Below are positions 37,826 through 46,752 of a DNA stretch of 64,000 nt, one piece after another. Every line of letters begins with the position of its first letter. Position 1 is the first letter of the stretch. The notes under the pieces are model-generated. The model was not told the origin of the DNA, did not search any database, and saw only the letters and a list, made by a program, of their open reading frames with translations. A program made the position numbers and the translations under genes. Origin of the DNA: Sphingomonadales bacterium (GTDB taxonomy: Bacteria > Bacteroidota > Bacteroidia > NS11-12g > UBA955); the NCBI GenBank assembly GCA_016872175.1, contig VHBA01000001.1, positions 2,757 to 66,756 of the forward strand, read 5' to 3'.

Positions 37826-39361
37826 GTGGGTAATTTTCCGTTCGTATTTCCTGTTGTTTTTGTTGTTTTGAATGTGTTGGAAAATCCCATTCTCCATATT
37901 CAGTCTTTGTCTATTCGCCGTGGTGATAAAACCCTGTCGTTTATTAATGATTTGCAGATTGAAAAAGGTAAAACCCATGGTATAGTAGGTGAAAGCGGCA
38001 GTGGTAAGTCATTGCTTTTGTTGTCTTTGATGGGGCTTTTATCCAAAGAACTGAAAGTAACAGGGTCTATATCGTTTAATACGGAAAGTGGTTCACTGTC
38101 TTTGTTGCGGTCCGGCCCCGAAATCTTAAGAAGCATCAGGGGCAAAACCATGGGAATGGTATTTCAGGAGCCGCTCAGTGCGCTGAATCCACAAAGAAAA
38201 TGTGGTTGGCAGTTGATGGAAGCACTGGAGGTTCACCAGAAAATCAACAATGAAAAAGGGAAGGAGATTTGTTTAAATGCTCTCGCAGATGTAGGTATTG
38301 AGCAGCCCGAAAGAATTTATAATGCCTATCCGCATCAAATAAGCGGTGGACAAAGACAGCGTGTGATGATTGCCATGGCAATCATTCACAAACCTGCACT
38401 GGTGTTGGCCGATGAGCCTACCACGGCGTTGGATCCGGAAACAGCCGAAAAAGTGCTGGAAACCCTGGTGCAGGTTTGCAAAACTATAGGCAGCAGCCTT
38501 GTGCTGGTTAGCCACGATTTGCCACTGGTGAGGAAACATTGCAGCCATATAACCGTCATGCAGCATGGGCAGGCGGTGGTTTCTGGTATTTCAGAAGATG
38601 TGTTTACTGCAGAGCGTATGCATCCGTATGTGAAAGCCCTAATCGATGCATTGCCAATTGGTAAAAGAGATCCTTTGCCCCACGCACCGGAGGTTTTTAC
38701 GGCCCAATATCTGGAAAAGACATACCGGCAGGGTGAAAATGAATTCAGGGCACTGAATAACATCTCATTTACCCTGAAAAAAGGTGAGAGTCTTGCTATT
38801 CTGGGTTTTTCCGGTTCCGGTAAAACCACCTTGGCAAAAATATTAACAGGTCTTGAGACTGCCGATAATGGAAGCGTTTCCTTCAACGGCGAATCTCTGC
38901 TAGATAAAAGACCCACCGGGGTACAAATGGTTTTTCAGGATCCGTTTTCATCGCTGAATACTGAAATTACCAACAGTGAAACCCTACTTGAAGTGCTTAG
39001 ACTGAATGGAACAGCGGCAGAAAAAGCCAATGCAGCAGCAAAGGAATTGTTTAAGCAAGTGGGTTTGGAAGAAAGTATGATAAACCGCTTCCCGCATCAG
39101 TTAAGCGGTGGCCAGAGACAACGACTTTGCATTGCCAGAGCGCTGGCAGGTAATCCACAGGTGCTTGTACTTGACGAGGCGGTAGCCGCCCTTGATCCAC
39201 TTGTGCAAAAACAAATCCTCGATCTTTTGAAAAATATTCAGGTACATACAGGGGTTATCTACCTTTTTATAACCCACAATCCCGCTGCAGCCCGATACCT
39301 TTGTCATCGTTTTATAAAACTGGAGCAGGGCAATTGTGTTTCTGAAGGAAAATACGATTAA
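37826..39361 (+). CDS. Tandem-domain ABC ATPase (peptide/nickel DppDF-like)
   Basis: Two Walker A motifs (GESGSGKS, GFSGSGKT), YPHQISGGQRQR and FPHQLSGGQRQR; true start probably near 37875. Confidence 0.9.
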   Translation: MGNFPFVFPVVFVVLNVLENPILHIQSLSIRRGDKTLSFINDLQIEKGKTHGIVGESGSGKSLLLLSLMGLLSKELKVTGSISFNTESGSLSLLRSGPEILRSIRGKTMGMVFQEPLSALNPQRKCGWQLMEALEVHQKINNEKGKEICLNALADVGIEQPERIYNAYPHQISGGQRQRVMIAMAIIHKPALVLADEPTTALDPETAEKVLETLVQVCKTIGSSLVLVSHDLPLVRKHCSHITVMQHGQAVVSGISEDVFTAERMHPYVKALIDALPIGKRDPLPHAPEVFTAQYLEKTYRQGENEFRALNNISFTLKKGESLAILGFSGSGKTTLAKILTGLETADNGSVSFNGESLLDKRPTGVQMVFQDPFSSLNTEITNSETLLEVLRLNGTAAEKANAAAKELFKQVGLEESMINRFPHQLSGGQRQRLCIARALAGNPQVLVLDEAVAALDPLVQKQILDLLKNIQVHTGVIYLFITHNPAAARYLCHRFIKLEQGNCVSEGKYD

Positions 39362-39422
39362 ATTTTAGAATAAATTTGCTTTTTTGAAATATTGCGATTA
39401 ATATCGTAGTTAAAAAGCGTCA

Positions 39423-39932
39423 ATGAGCCTGTTGGATGTAAATATTTCTGAGGACATAAACGTATTAAAAGCGACCAATCCGGTGTTTGTGATCGTTGAT
39501 CAGGAAAATCGTCCCATGGTATTGATTTCGGTGTCCACAGCATACAGCCTGAAGGAATTATCGCAGCTTACAGCATCATTGTATGGCCAGCAAAGGGTGG
39601 ATATGGCCTTTTTTAACATTCCCTTTGAAGCACAGGAGGTTAAAGAAAGAATTGATCAGCTAATGTTGAACGATCCGCCAACTGCCGATAACTTAGAAAG
39701 TGAAGATAATGATCTTGGAAAATTAAAGAAGTTTAAGTCTGTGTTTTCCAATCGTGAGTTGGAAATTCTGCAGCTTATTGCTCTGGAATATACCAATGAA
39801 GAAATTGCCGATAAGCTTTGCCTGGCCAAAAGAACAGTAGATAATCACAGGGTGAATCTCATGCATCGGGTAAATGTAAAAAATACAGCAGGGTTGATTA
39901 GCTATGCCTTTAGAAACGGTCTGGTGGCCTAG
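39423..39932 (+). CDS. LuxR-type HTH transcriptional regulator
   Basis: FSNRELEILQLIALEYTNEEIADKL....RTVDNHRVNL...NTAGLI. Confidence 0.85.
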   Translation: MSLLDVNISEDINVLKATNPVFVIVDQENRPMVLISVSTAYSLKELSQLTASLYGQQRVDMAFFNIPFEAQEVKERIDQLMLNDPPTADNLESEDNDLGKLKKFKSVFSNRELEILQLIALEYTNEEIADKLCLAKRTVDNHRVNLMHRVNVKNTAGLISYAFRNGLVA

Positions 39933-40023
39933 TGTTTGATTAAATAGACGTTTTGCTTATTGGTGGATACCTTACAGTTTGTAAAATAGCTGACTGAAGT
40001 TCCGCAGGATTAGTTTTGTGCTT

Positions 40024-40872
40024 ATGGTCGAAAATGTATTTAAGAAATTGGTGGTAATCGTTTTTTGCTGCTCTGCATACAGTCTAGCGGCACAGCAGGA
40101 CGCCAATTATAAAACCTATAAAGTTGTAAAAGGAGATAATTATTATAAAATCTCAAAGAAATTTAACTGTACCGTTGATGAAATACAGCAAGCCAATGAC
40201 AATAAAACGGTGATAAAGGTGGGGGAAACAATACGCATTCCCTCAAAAACAACCTCCAGGACAGATTTATATTCCGCCGCTTACCAAGAACATGTTGTTG
40301 CTAAAGGAGATAACCTGGGAAAAATTGCAGCTAAATATGGCACTACGGTCGAAAACCTCAAAAAGATCAATAATATGTCTGGCGACCAGCTGAAAATAGG
40401 TCAGAAAATTAAAGTTCCGGCCAAACAAAAACCTGTTGAAACGCACAGGGAAAAACCAGTAATTCCCGACCCGGCCATCAATGCTAATGCCAAACCTAAA
40501 GACACAACGGTTAAAAAGCCAACACCTCCAGGTCCTCGCGTAGCCGTGGATGTTAATCCCGGCATGCCTGAAAAGACTGCGGCAGTGATGACTGATTTTG
40601 TCTCGGAGAAAGAAGAAACAGCCATGGCAAAGGTTGTGAAAAGTAAGATGGAAGATACCCGCACACATGTGATGCACCCTACGTTGCCCAAAGGGAATAT
40701 TATTGTTGTACTGAATCCCCAGTCAGGCAGGATGGCTTACTGCAAGGTGGTTGACAACTACACACCCCGTCAGTATGAAGGTTCAGGCCTTATAATGACT
40801 CCGGCTGTGGCTGATAAAATCGGATTGAGTGGCAATATGGCTTCTGTGAAAATTAAGTACGCTGCACCTTAA
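40024..40872 (+). CDS. Secreted protein with two LysM domains
   Basis: YKVVKGDNYYKIS and HVVAKGDNLGKIA; C-terminal HPTLPKG..VVLNP (RlpA-like tail); ATG 40024. Confidence 0.88.
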   Translation: MVENVFKKLVVIVFCCSAYSLAAQQDANYKTYKVVKGDNYYKISKKFNCTVDEIQQANDNKTVIKVGETIRIPSKTTSRTDLYSAAYQEHVVAKGDNLGKIAAKYGTTVENLKKINNMSGDQLKIGQKIKVPAKQKPVETHREKPVIPDPAINANAKPKDTTVKKPTPPGPRVAVDVNPGMPEKTAAVMTDFVSEKEETAMAKVVKSKMEDTRTHVMHPTLPKGNIIVVLNPQSGRMAYCKVVDNYTPRQYEGSGLIMTPAVADKIGLSGNMASVKIKYAAP

Positions 40873-40874
40873 AT

Positions 40875-42116
40875 TTGCAGGGCTTTTTGATAAAAGAAAT
40901 TTCAAGGGAAAGAATGATGAAAGCCGCGGTTACTACTGCGGCTTTATCACTTTGTGCCCTGCATTTTTCACCTGCATTGTCGTCGTTGTCGATGTTGGTA
41001 TTCTTTGCGGTACTGCTTGCATCAATAAATATAGAAAGTATTCTGGCTCCTAAACCATTTGTTTTTCTATCGCTGTTTTGGTGCCTTAGTCAATTGATTA
41101 TTCAAACGGATTTTAGTTTTGATGCAGAAACAAACCGAAAGTTATTATTGAGGCTCCCCTTGTTGCTACTACCACTTATTTGGTGTGTAAAACCACTGGT
41201 TTTCCGAAAATATTTTTTCAGCGTAATCTTGATTGCCGGGCTTTTACACACCTGGATTGGTGGTGCCTCGGTTCTCAATTATCTGGCACATTATCGATTT
41301 CTTAATCAGATGGTGCTGGAAAGCAAGCCGCTGCCTCTATACTCGTCTGTGTATCATATAGAGTTCAGCCTGATTTTGGCGGTAGTCTCCTTACTTCAAT
41401 TATCCTGGCTGCGCTATGCGAGCGAGGCCTGGCAGCGCTGGCTGATGGCGGTAAGTATTGTTTTTAATATTGTTTGCCTTCACGTTTTGTCGGCACGTAC
41501 CGGCATGCTTGCCTTTTGGCTTGGTATGCCATTTTTGCTGGGTGAAATGGATTTGCCAACCTGGTTAAGAGGATATAAAAAATGGCTATTGCTATTAATC
41601 CCGGTGCTCTTGGTTTTTTCAATACCATCACTGAGAAACCGCATCATCAATACCATTGACGATATTACAGCGGTTAAACAAAACGCTAACCTCAGCGATA
41701 AAAGTTTCGGTCGACGCTGGGAAGCCTGGAAGGTTGCCGCAGCTATGATTTCTAAGCAACCTTTAACCGGATATGGTATTTCAGGTGTGGAATCAGCCAT
41801 GCAGACAGGTTTTGAAAAAAAAGATTCATACCTGCATGTTACAGATAGGATACAACCTCACAATCAGTTTCTGGAGCTGGCACTGCAGTCTGGGTTGATT
41901 ACAACCTTTTTATTTGTTTTTTGGTTGATAGTATTGTTTGTGCAGTTACGCCGGAAAGCCAATTATGTAGGGCTGGCTGTATTGACTGCGCTTTTTATTT
42001 CAATGTTTTTTGAGAGTTATCTGGAACGTCAATCCGGGGTGGCTATTTTTGTGGTAGCTTTGTTTTTTGTACTTTTTGCTGAAAAAAAGGAAGAACATTT
42101 TTTAAAATCAATATAA
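40875..42116 (+). CDS. O-antigen ligase/Wzy-family membrane protein
   Basis: Multi-TM; SARTG, R.EAW, PLTGYG, PHNQFLE. Confidence 0.85.
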   Translation: MQGFLIKEISRERMMKAAVTTAALSLCALHFSPALSSLSMLVFFAVLLASINIESILAPKPFVFLSLFWCLSQLIIQTDFSFDAETNRKLLLRLPLLLLPLIWCVKPLVFRKYFFSVILIAGLLHTWIGGASVLNYLAHYRFLNQMVLESKPLPLYSSVYHIEFSLILAVVSLLQLSWLRYASEAWQRWLMAVSIVFNIVCLHVLSARTGMLAFWLGMPFLLGEMDLPTWLRGYKKWLLLLIPVLLVFSIPSLRNRIINTIDDITAVKQNANLSDKSFGRRWEAWKVAAAMISKQPLTGYGISGVESAMQTGFEKKDSYLHVTDRIQPHNQFLELALQSGLITTFLFVFWLIVLFVQLRRKANYVGLAVLTALFISMFFESYLERQSGVAIFVVALFFVLFAEKKEEHFLKSI

Positions 42117-42121
42117 TTTGC

Positions 42122-42135
42122 TATCTTTGCAGCCC
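42122..42135 (+). promoter_or_regulatory. -7 element TATCTTTG plus CAGCCC for rpmB-rpmG
   Basis: TAnnTTTG consensus 14 nt before the rpmB ATG. Confidence 0.75.
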
Positions 42136-42143
42136 CAAAAACT

Positions 42144-42377
42144 ATGTCTCGCGTTTGTGATTTAACCGGTAAAAAGGCTCTCAAGGGAAACAATGTTTCG
42201 CATTCTAACAAGAAAACGAAGCGTCGTTTTTATCCTAACCTGCAAACCAAGAAGTTCTTCATTCCCGAAACCGGCGAATGGATTACCATCAAGGTTGCGG
42301 CCAGCACCATGAAGACCATCGATAAAAAAGGCATTTCAGCCTGTATCAACAACCTGTTTAAAAAAGGAAAGATATAA
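42144..42377 (+). CDS. rpmB: 50S ribosomal protein L28
   Basis: MSRVCDLTGK, GNNVSHSN, RRFYPNLQ. Confidence 0.98.
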   Translation: MSRVCDLTGKKALKGNNVSHSNKKTKRRFYPNLQTKKFFIPETGEWITIKVAASTMKTIDKKGISACINNLFKKGKI

Positions 42378-42380
42378 GCC

Positions 42381-42563
42381 ATGGCAAAAAAAGGAAATCG
42401 TATTCAGGTTATTCTGGAATGCACTGAGCATAAAGGAACAGGTGTAGCAGGTATGAGCCGTTACATCACCACTAAAAATAAAAAAAACACTGCTGAGCGT
42501 ATTGAATTGAAAAAATACAATCCATACCTTAGAAAAATGACCGTTCATAAGGAAATCAAATAA
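42381..42563 (+). CDS. rpmG: 50S ribosomal protein L33
   Basis: [30 protein letters not shown]. Confidence 0.98.
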   Translation: MAKKGNRIQVILECTEHKGTGVAGMSRYITTKNKKNTAERIELKKYNPYLRKMTVHKEIK

Positions 42564-42721
42564 TGGCAAAGAAAGTAGTAGCAACACTGAAAAAAGAAGG
42601 CGCTGGCAACGATTATGTTAAGGTAATCAAAGCGGTAAAATCCCCCAAAAGCGACCATTACACTTTTCGTGAGGAAATCGTATCTCAGGACGCAGTAAAA
42701 GATTTTTTTAGCAAACCTTAA
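42563..42721 (+). CDS. DUF4295-family small protein
   Basis: 52 aa, missing from the ORF track: [10 protein letters not shown]...KVIKAVKSPKS..YTFREEIV; sits between rpmG and ftsY. Confidence 0.88.
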   Translation: MAKKVVATLKKEGAGNDYVKVIKAVKSPKSDHYTFREEIVSQDAVKDFFSKP

Positions 42722-42745
42722 AAGAGAATTTTAAACATTAAATTT

Positions 42746-42771
42746 GAGCTCCTGAAATAGGGGCTCTTTTT
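42746..42771 (+). terminator. Intrinsic terminator after the DUF4295 gene
   Basis: GAGCTCCT-gaaat-AGGGGCTCTTTTT. Confidence 0.7.
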
Positions 42772-42779
42772 ATTTTATA

Positions 42780-43748
42780 ATGTCAATTTTTAACATTTTC
42801 GGCAAAAAGAAGAATCCGGAAGAGGATAAGCAGGAAACCAGAGAGGCACTGCAGCAAACACGCGAACATCTGTTTACCCGCATAGGAAGAGCCTTTGCAG
42901 GGAAATCCACTGTGGATGAGGCTTTTCTGGATGAACTGGAAGAAATCCTCATTACCTCGGATGTTGGGGTAGAAACCACCGTTAAAATTATTGATGCTTT
43001 AAACCAAAAGGTTTCGAGTGAAAAATACCTGGGTCAGCAGGAGCTCAATGACCGTATTTCAGTTGTAATTGCCTCCCTGATGCCCGATATACACGAACCA
43101 GTGCAGCAGGATTTTACACTATCTACTGCAACTAAGCCTTATATAGTGCTCGTTGTTGGGGTGAACGGTGTGGGAAAAACCACTACCATCGGTAAAATGG
43201 CCTGGCACTATACTACACAGGGCAAGAAGGTGGTTTTGGCTGCCGGTGATACATTTAGGGCCGCTGCAGTAGATCAGTTGGGCATCTGGAAAGAAAGAAC
43301 CGGAGCGGAGATTATTAGCCACGGCATGAACACGGATCCGTCATCAGTGGCATTTGATGCTGTAAAGTATGGTGTTGACAACGATGCAGATGTTGTGATA
43401 ATTGATACTGCAGGCCGATTACACAATAAAGTGAGCCTGATGAATGAATTAGCTAAGATGAAACGTGTGGTGCAAAAGTTCAAGGAAGACGCGCCGCATG
43501 AGGTTGTGCTGGTAATTGATGCCACCACAGGACAGAACGCATATGAACAGGCCCGTCATTTTACTGCAGCCACCCAGGTAAATGCACTTGCTGTAACCAA
43601 ACTCGACGGCACTGCACGCGGTGGTGTCGTTATCGGTGTAAGTGAGCAATTTAATATTCCTGTGAAATACATTGGGCTGGGCGAAAAAGCCGAAGACCTT
43701 AAATTGTTTGATAAAAAAGTATTTGTTCAATCCGTTTTTCAGTCATGA
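42780..43748 (+). CDS. ftsY: SRP receptor FtsY
   Basis: GVNGVGKTTTIGK, DTFRAAA, DTAGRL, TKLDGTARGG. Confidence 0.97.
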   Translation: MSIFNIFGKKKNPEEDKQETREALQQTREHLFTRIGRAFAGKSTVDEAFLDELEEILITSDVGVETTVKIIDALNQKVSSEKYLGQQELNDRISVVIASLMPDIHEPVQQDFTLSTATKPYIVLVVGVNGVGKTTTIGKMAWHYTTQGKKVVLAAGDTFRAAAVDQLGIWKERTGAEIISHGMNTDPSSVAFDAVKYGVDNDADVVIIDTAGRLHNKVSLMNELAKMKRVVQKFKEDAPHEVVLVIDATTGQNAYEQARHFTAATQVNALAVTKLDGTARGGVVIGVSEQFNIPVKYIGLGEKAEDLKLFDKKVFVQSVFQS

Positions 43749-45061
43749 AAACCCGCAGCCATAAACAACCTCGTGTGAATGTAATAACCCTGGGATGCAG
43801 CAAAAACCTGGTAGATTCTGAGGTAATGATGGGGCAGCTCAAGGCCGGTGAATTTGAGGTAAGCCACGAATCGGATAAAAACGATGCGGATATTGTCATT
43901 ATCAACACCTGCGGATTTATAGAAAATGCCAAACAGGAGAGCATCGATACCATTTTGCGCTATGCGCAGGAAAAATCCGATGGGAATCTTGAAAAACTGA
44001 TTGTTACCGGATGCTTATCGCACCGCTATAAAGACGAATTAAAGGAAGAAATCCCCGAAGTGGATGCCTGGTTCGGTACCCTGGAACTGCCTAATTTATT
44101 GAAAAGTGTGGGTGCCGATTATCGCCATGAACTAATAGGAGAGAGGCTTATCACCACCCCTAGTCATTATGCATATGTAAAAATCAGTGAGGGGTGTAAT
44201 CGTCCCTGTTCTTTCTGTGCCATTCCGCTTATGCGCGGCAACCATGTAAGTAAATCCATAGAACAGCTGGTTTCTGAAATTAAAGGATTGGTGCGAAATG
44301 GAACCAAAGAGGTCATGCTTATTGCCCAGGATTCAACGTATTATGGTCTTGATCTTTACGGCGAAAGAAAGCTGGCAGATTTGCTTAAGCATGTGAGTGA
44401 CATTGAAGGACTGGAGTGGATACGGCTGCACTATGCATTTCCCTCGCAGTTTCCAATGGATGTGATACCGGTGATGGCCAAAAGACCCAATATCTGCAAG
44501 TATCTGGACATTCCCGTTCAGCACGCAACCGATAATATGCTTAAGATTATGCGACGGGGTATTACGCGCAAGCGTACAGAAGACTTGCTCGAAAAACTAC
44601 GGTCTGATATTCCGGGTATTGCACTTAGAACCACCCTGTTGCCGGGGCATCCCGGAGAAACAGAATCGGAATTTGAAGCCTTGTATGATTTTGTAAGAAA
44701 CCAGCGTTTTGACCGTCTTGGTGTGTTTACCTATTCTCACGAAGAAAACACCCATGCCTATAGCCTCTCAGATGATGTGCTAGCCGAAGTTAAGGAGCAG
44801 CGAGCGGCGGCTCTAATGGAATTGCAGATGGGAATCAGCGAAGAAAAAAATGCAGAAAAACTGGGCAAAACTTACAAAGTTCTCTTTGATAGGCTTGAAG
44901 GTGATCACTTCGTTGGTCGAACTGAATCCGATTCACCGGAAGTTGACAACGAAGTATGGGTGGATGCTAAAAATAATTATGTCCGTATGGGTGATTTTGC
45001 CAATGTGAGAATTACCGGATACGGCCCCTATGATTTGCAGGGCGAAATTGTAAAGCCATGA
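43745..45061 (+). CDS. rimO: Ribosomal protein S12 methylthiotransferase
   Basis: LGCSKNLVDSE, NTCGFI, EGCNRPCSFCAIP, DSPEVD TRAM domain. Confidence 0.97.
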   Translation: MKTRSHKQPRVNVITLGCSKNLVDSEVMMGQLKAGEFEVSHESDKNDADIVIINTCGFIENAKQESIDTILRYAQEKSDGNLEKLIVTGCLSHRYKDELKEEIPEVDAWFGTLELPNLLKSVGADYRHELIGERLITTPSHYAYVKISEGCNRPCSFCAIPLMRGNHVSKSIEQLVSEIKGLVRNGTKEVMLIAQDSTYYGLDLYGERKLADLLKHVSDIEGLEWIRLHYAFPSQFPMDVIPVMAKRPNICKYLDIPVQHATDNMLKIMRRGITRKRTEDLLEKLRSDIPGIALRTTLLPGHPGETESEFEALYDFVRNQRFDRLGVFTYSHEENTHAYSLSDDVLAEVKEQRAAALMELQMGISEEKNAEKLGKTYKVLFDRLEGDHFVGRTESDSPEVDNEVWVDAKNNYVRMGDFANVRITGYGPYDLQGEIVKP

Positions 45062-46653
45062 ATATAAACATCCATAGCGATGTGCCAGAAGGTTATTATG
45101 GCAAACTGGCATCCGCATGGTTGAAAAATGATAAAAACCTTAGGGATATTTATCCTGTTGATGAAGCCAATATTAACAGTTTGCAGGAGCAATATGCAGG
45201 ATTCAACAGCAATAAAAGGGAACGGCTTTTTGGGATCCTAACAAAACAGTATGAAGGCATAGAGCTGCATGCCAATGTAAGTGCAAATCTTGAAAAAATC
45301 AGACATGACAATACTTTCACGGTTACTACCGGTCAGCAGATACATATTTTCCTGGGCCCGGCATTTTTTATCTATAAAATTGCCGCTGTAATTCGACAGG
45401 CAAAGCGTTTACAGGCTGAAAACCCTGATAATTATTATATTCCGGTTTTTTGGATGGCGTCAGAAGATCATGATGTGGCTGAAATTAACAACGTAACAGT
45501 ATTTGGAAAAAAATACACCTGGGATACAGCTGAGCATGGGCCCACAGGTAGGTTTTCAACCAAAGGACTTGAGGTTATTTGCGACGACTTGATGGGGTTG
45601 GTTGATAAAGAAAACGTTTCATCAGAAATACATGATGTTTTAAAGGTTTTCAAAGAGGCTTACACCCGTTTTTCAACCTTATCAATGTCGACCCGGTATA
45701 TTCTTAATGAACTGTTTGGTAAGTATGGGCTCGTTATCATAGATGCAGATCATGATTTGTTAAAAACGGAACTACAATCGCTTATTCATAATGATTTGTT
45801 CTCGGAATCTGTGTTCGACAGCTTACAAACAGCTTCGGCATCCCTGAAAGCCATTGGATTTGGCAATCAGGTTAACCCCAGAAAAACCCATTTTTTCATG
45901 ATAAAGGATGAGGACAGGCTTCGAATTGACAGGGAAGGAGATGGATTTAAACTACATCCCACGGGTGAATTTATTTCAAAAAATAACATGATGCTACTGG
46001 CTGCTGAAAAGCCTCATGTTTTTAGTCCCAATGCACTGCTCAGGCCACTCTACCAGCAACTGATTTTACCCAACGTGGCGTATGTAAGTGGACCCGCAGA
46101 ATTGCATTATTGGCACCAACTTTTTCCGCTGTTTAAGAAAGAATTAGTAGTTGCTCCAATACTCATACTGCGTGATTCATTTTTGTTTTTAGATAATAAA
46201 ACACTCGATTTTTTACAAAAGTATAACCTTGTTGAAAGTGTTGTTTGGAAAGGGTTTGAGGTTTCTTCAATCTGCTTGGAGAACGTGCTTATTGGGGAGA
46301 ATAAGTTATCCCAGGAAATAGAAGAATTGAAAAATAAAACAGAAATAGTTTTTCAAACGCTCTTTGGCCTCAAATATAAAAATATTAAAGAATTAAGAAC
46401 ACAAAACAAAGTCTGGATAAAAGTGCTTCAAAAAGCTGTGAAATCAGTATTGAATGATGTTCGAAAGCAAACTGCTTTTGAGCCGGTTTTTAATAAACTG
46501 CAAAAAATATCTTCATTGTATTTTGATAAAAACAATCCGCAGGAAAGGTCCTTATCGTGGCTGGAATTATTGTTAAAAACACGTAATATTCCTATTGATT
46601 TTTTATTTGATATTCCGTTAAGTGGCCATACTTTTGGAACACTTAGTGTCTAG
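45058..46653 (+). CDS. bshC: Bacillithiol cysteine-adding enzyme BshC
   Basis: VTTGQQ, PVFWMASEDHD..EIN, FSPNALLRPLYQ, GPAEL.YW, PQER. Confidence 0.9.
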   Translation: MNINIHSDVPEGYYGKLASAWLKNDKNLRDIYPVDEANINSLQEQYAGFNSNKRERLFGILTKQYEGIELHANVSANLEKIRHDNTFTVTTGQQIHIFLGPAFFIYKIAAVIRQAKRLQAENPDNYYIPVFWMASEDHDVAEINNVTVFGKKYTWDTAEHGPTGRFSTKGLEVICDDLMGLVDKENVSSEIHDVLKVFKEAYTRFSTLSMSTRYILNELFGKYGLVIIDADHDLLKTELQSLIHNDLFSESVFDSLQTASASLKAIGFGNQVNPRKTHFFMIKDEDRLRIDREGDGFKLHPTGEFISKNNMMLLAAEKPHVFSPNALLRPLYQQLILPNVAYVSGPAELHYWHQLFPLFKKELVVAPILILRDSFLFLDNKTLDFLQKYNLVESVVWKGFEVSSICLENVLIGENKLSQEIEELKNKTEIVFQTLFGLKYKNIKELRTQNKVWIKVLQKAVKSVLNDVRKQTAFEPVFNKLQKISSLYFDKNNPQERSLSWLELLLKTRNIPIDFLFDIPLSGHTFGTLSV

Positions 46654-46752
46654 AATTTGGAACGATGTACTAATTAATGTTAAAAATCATACTCTTTTTA
46701 TTGGTAAATTGATTTGTTGCTATTATTTTCGCATCATTAACAACTTTAGCTG

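Noticed and set aside
37826..39361. ABC ATPase without permease as a novel system
   Set aside because: Scattered dpp/opp components are common in Bacteroidota; partners are probably elsewhere
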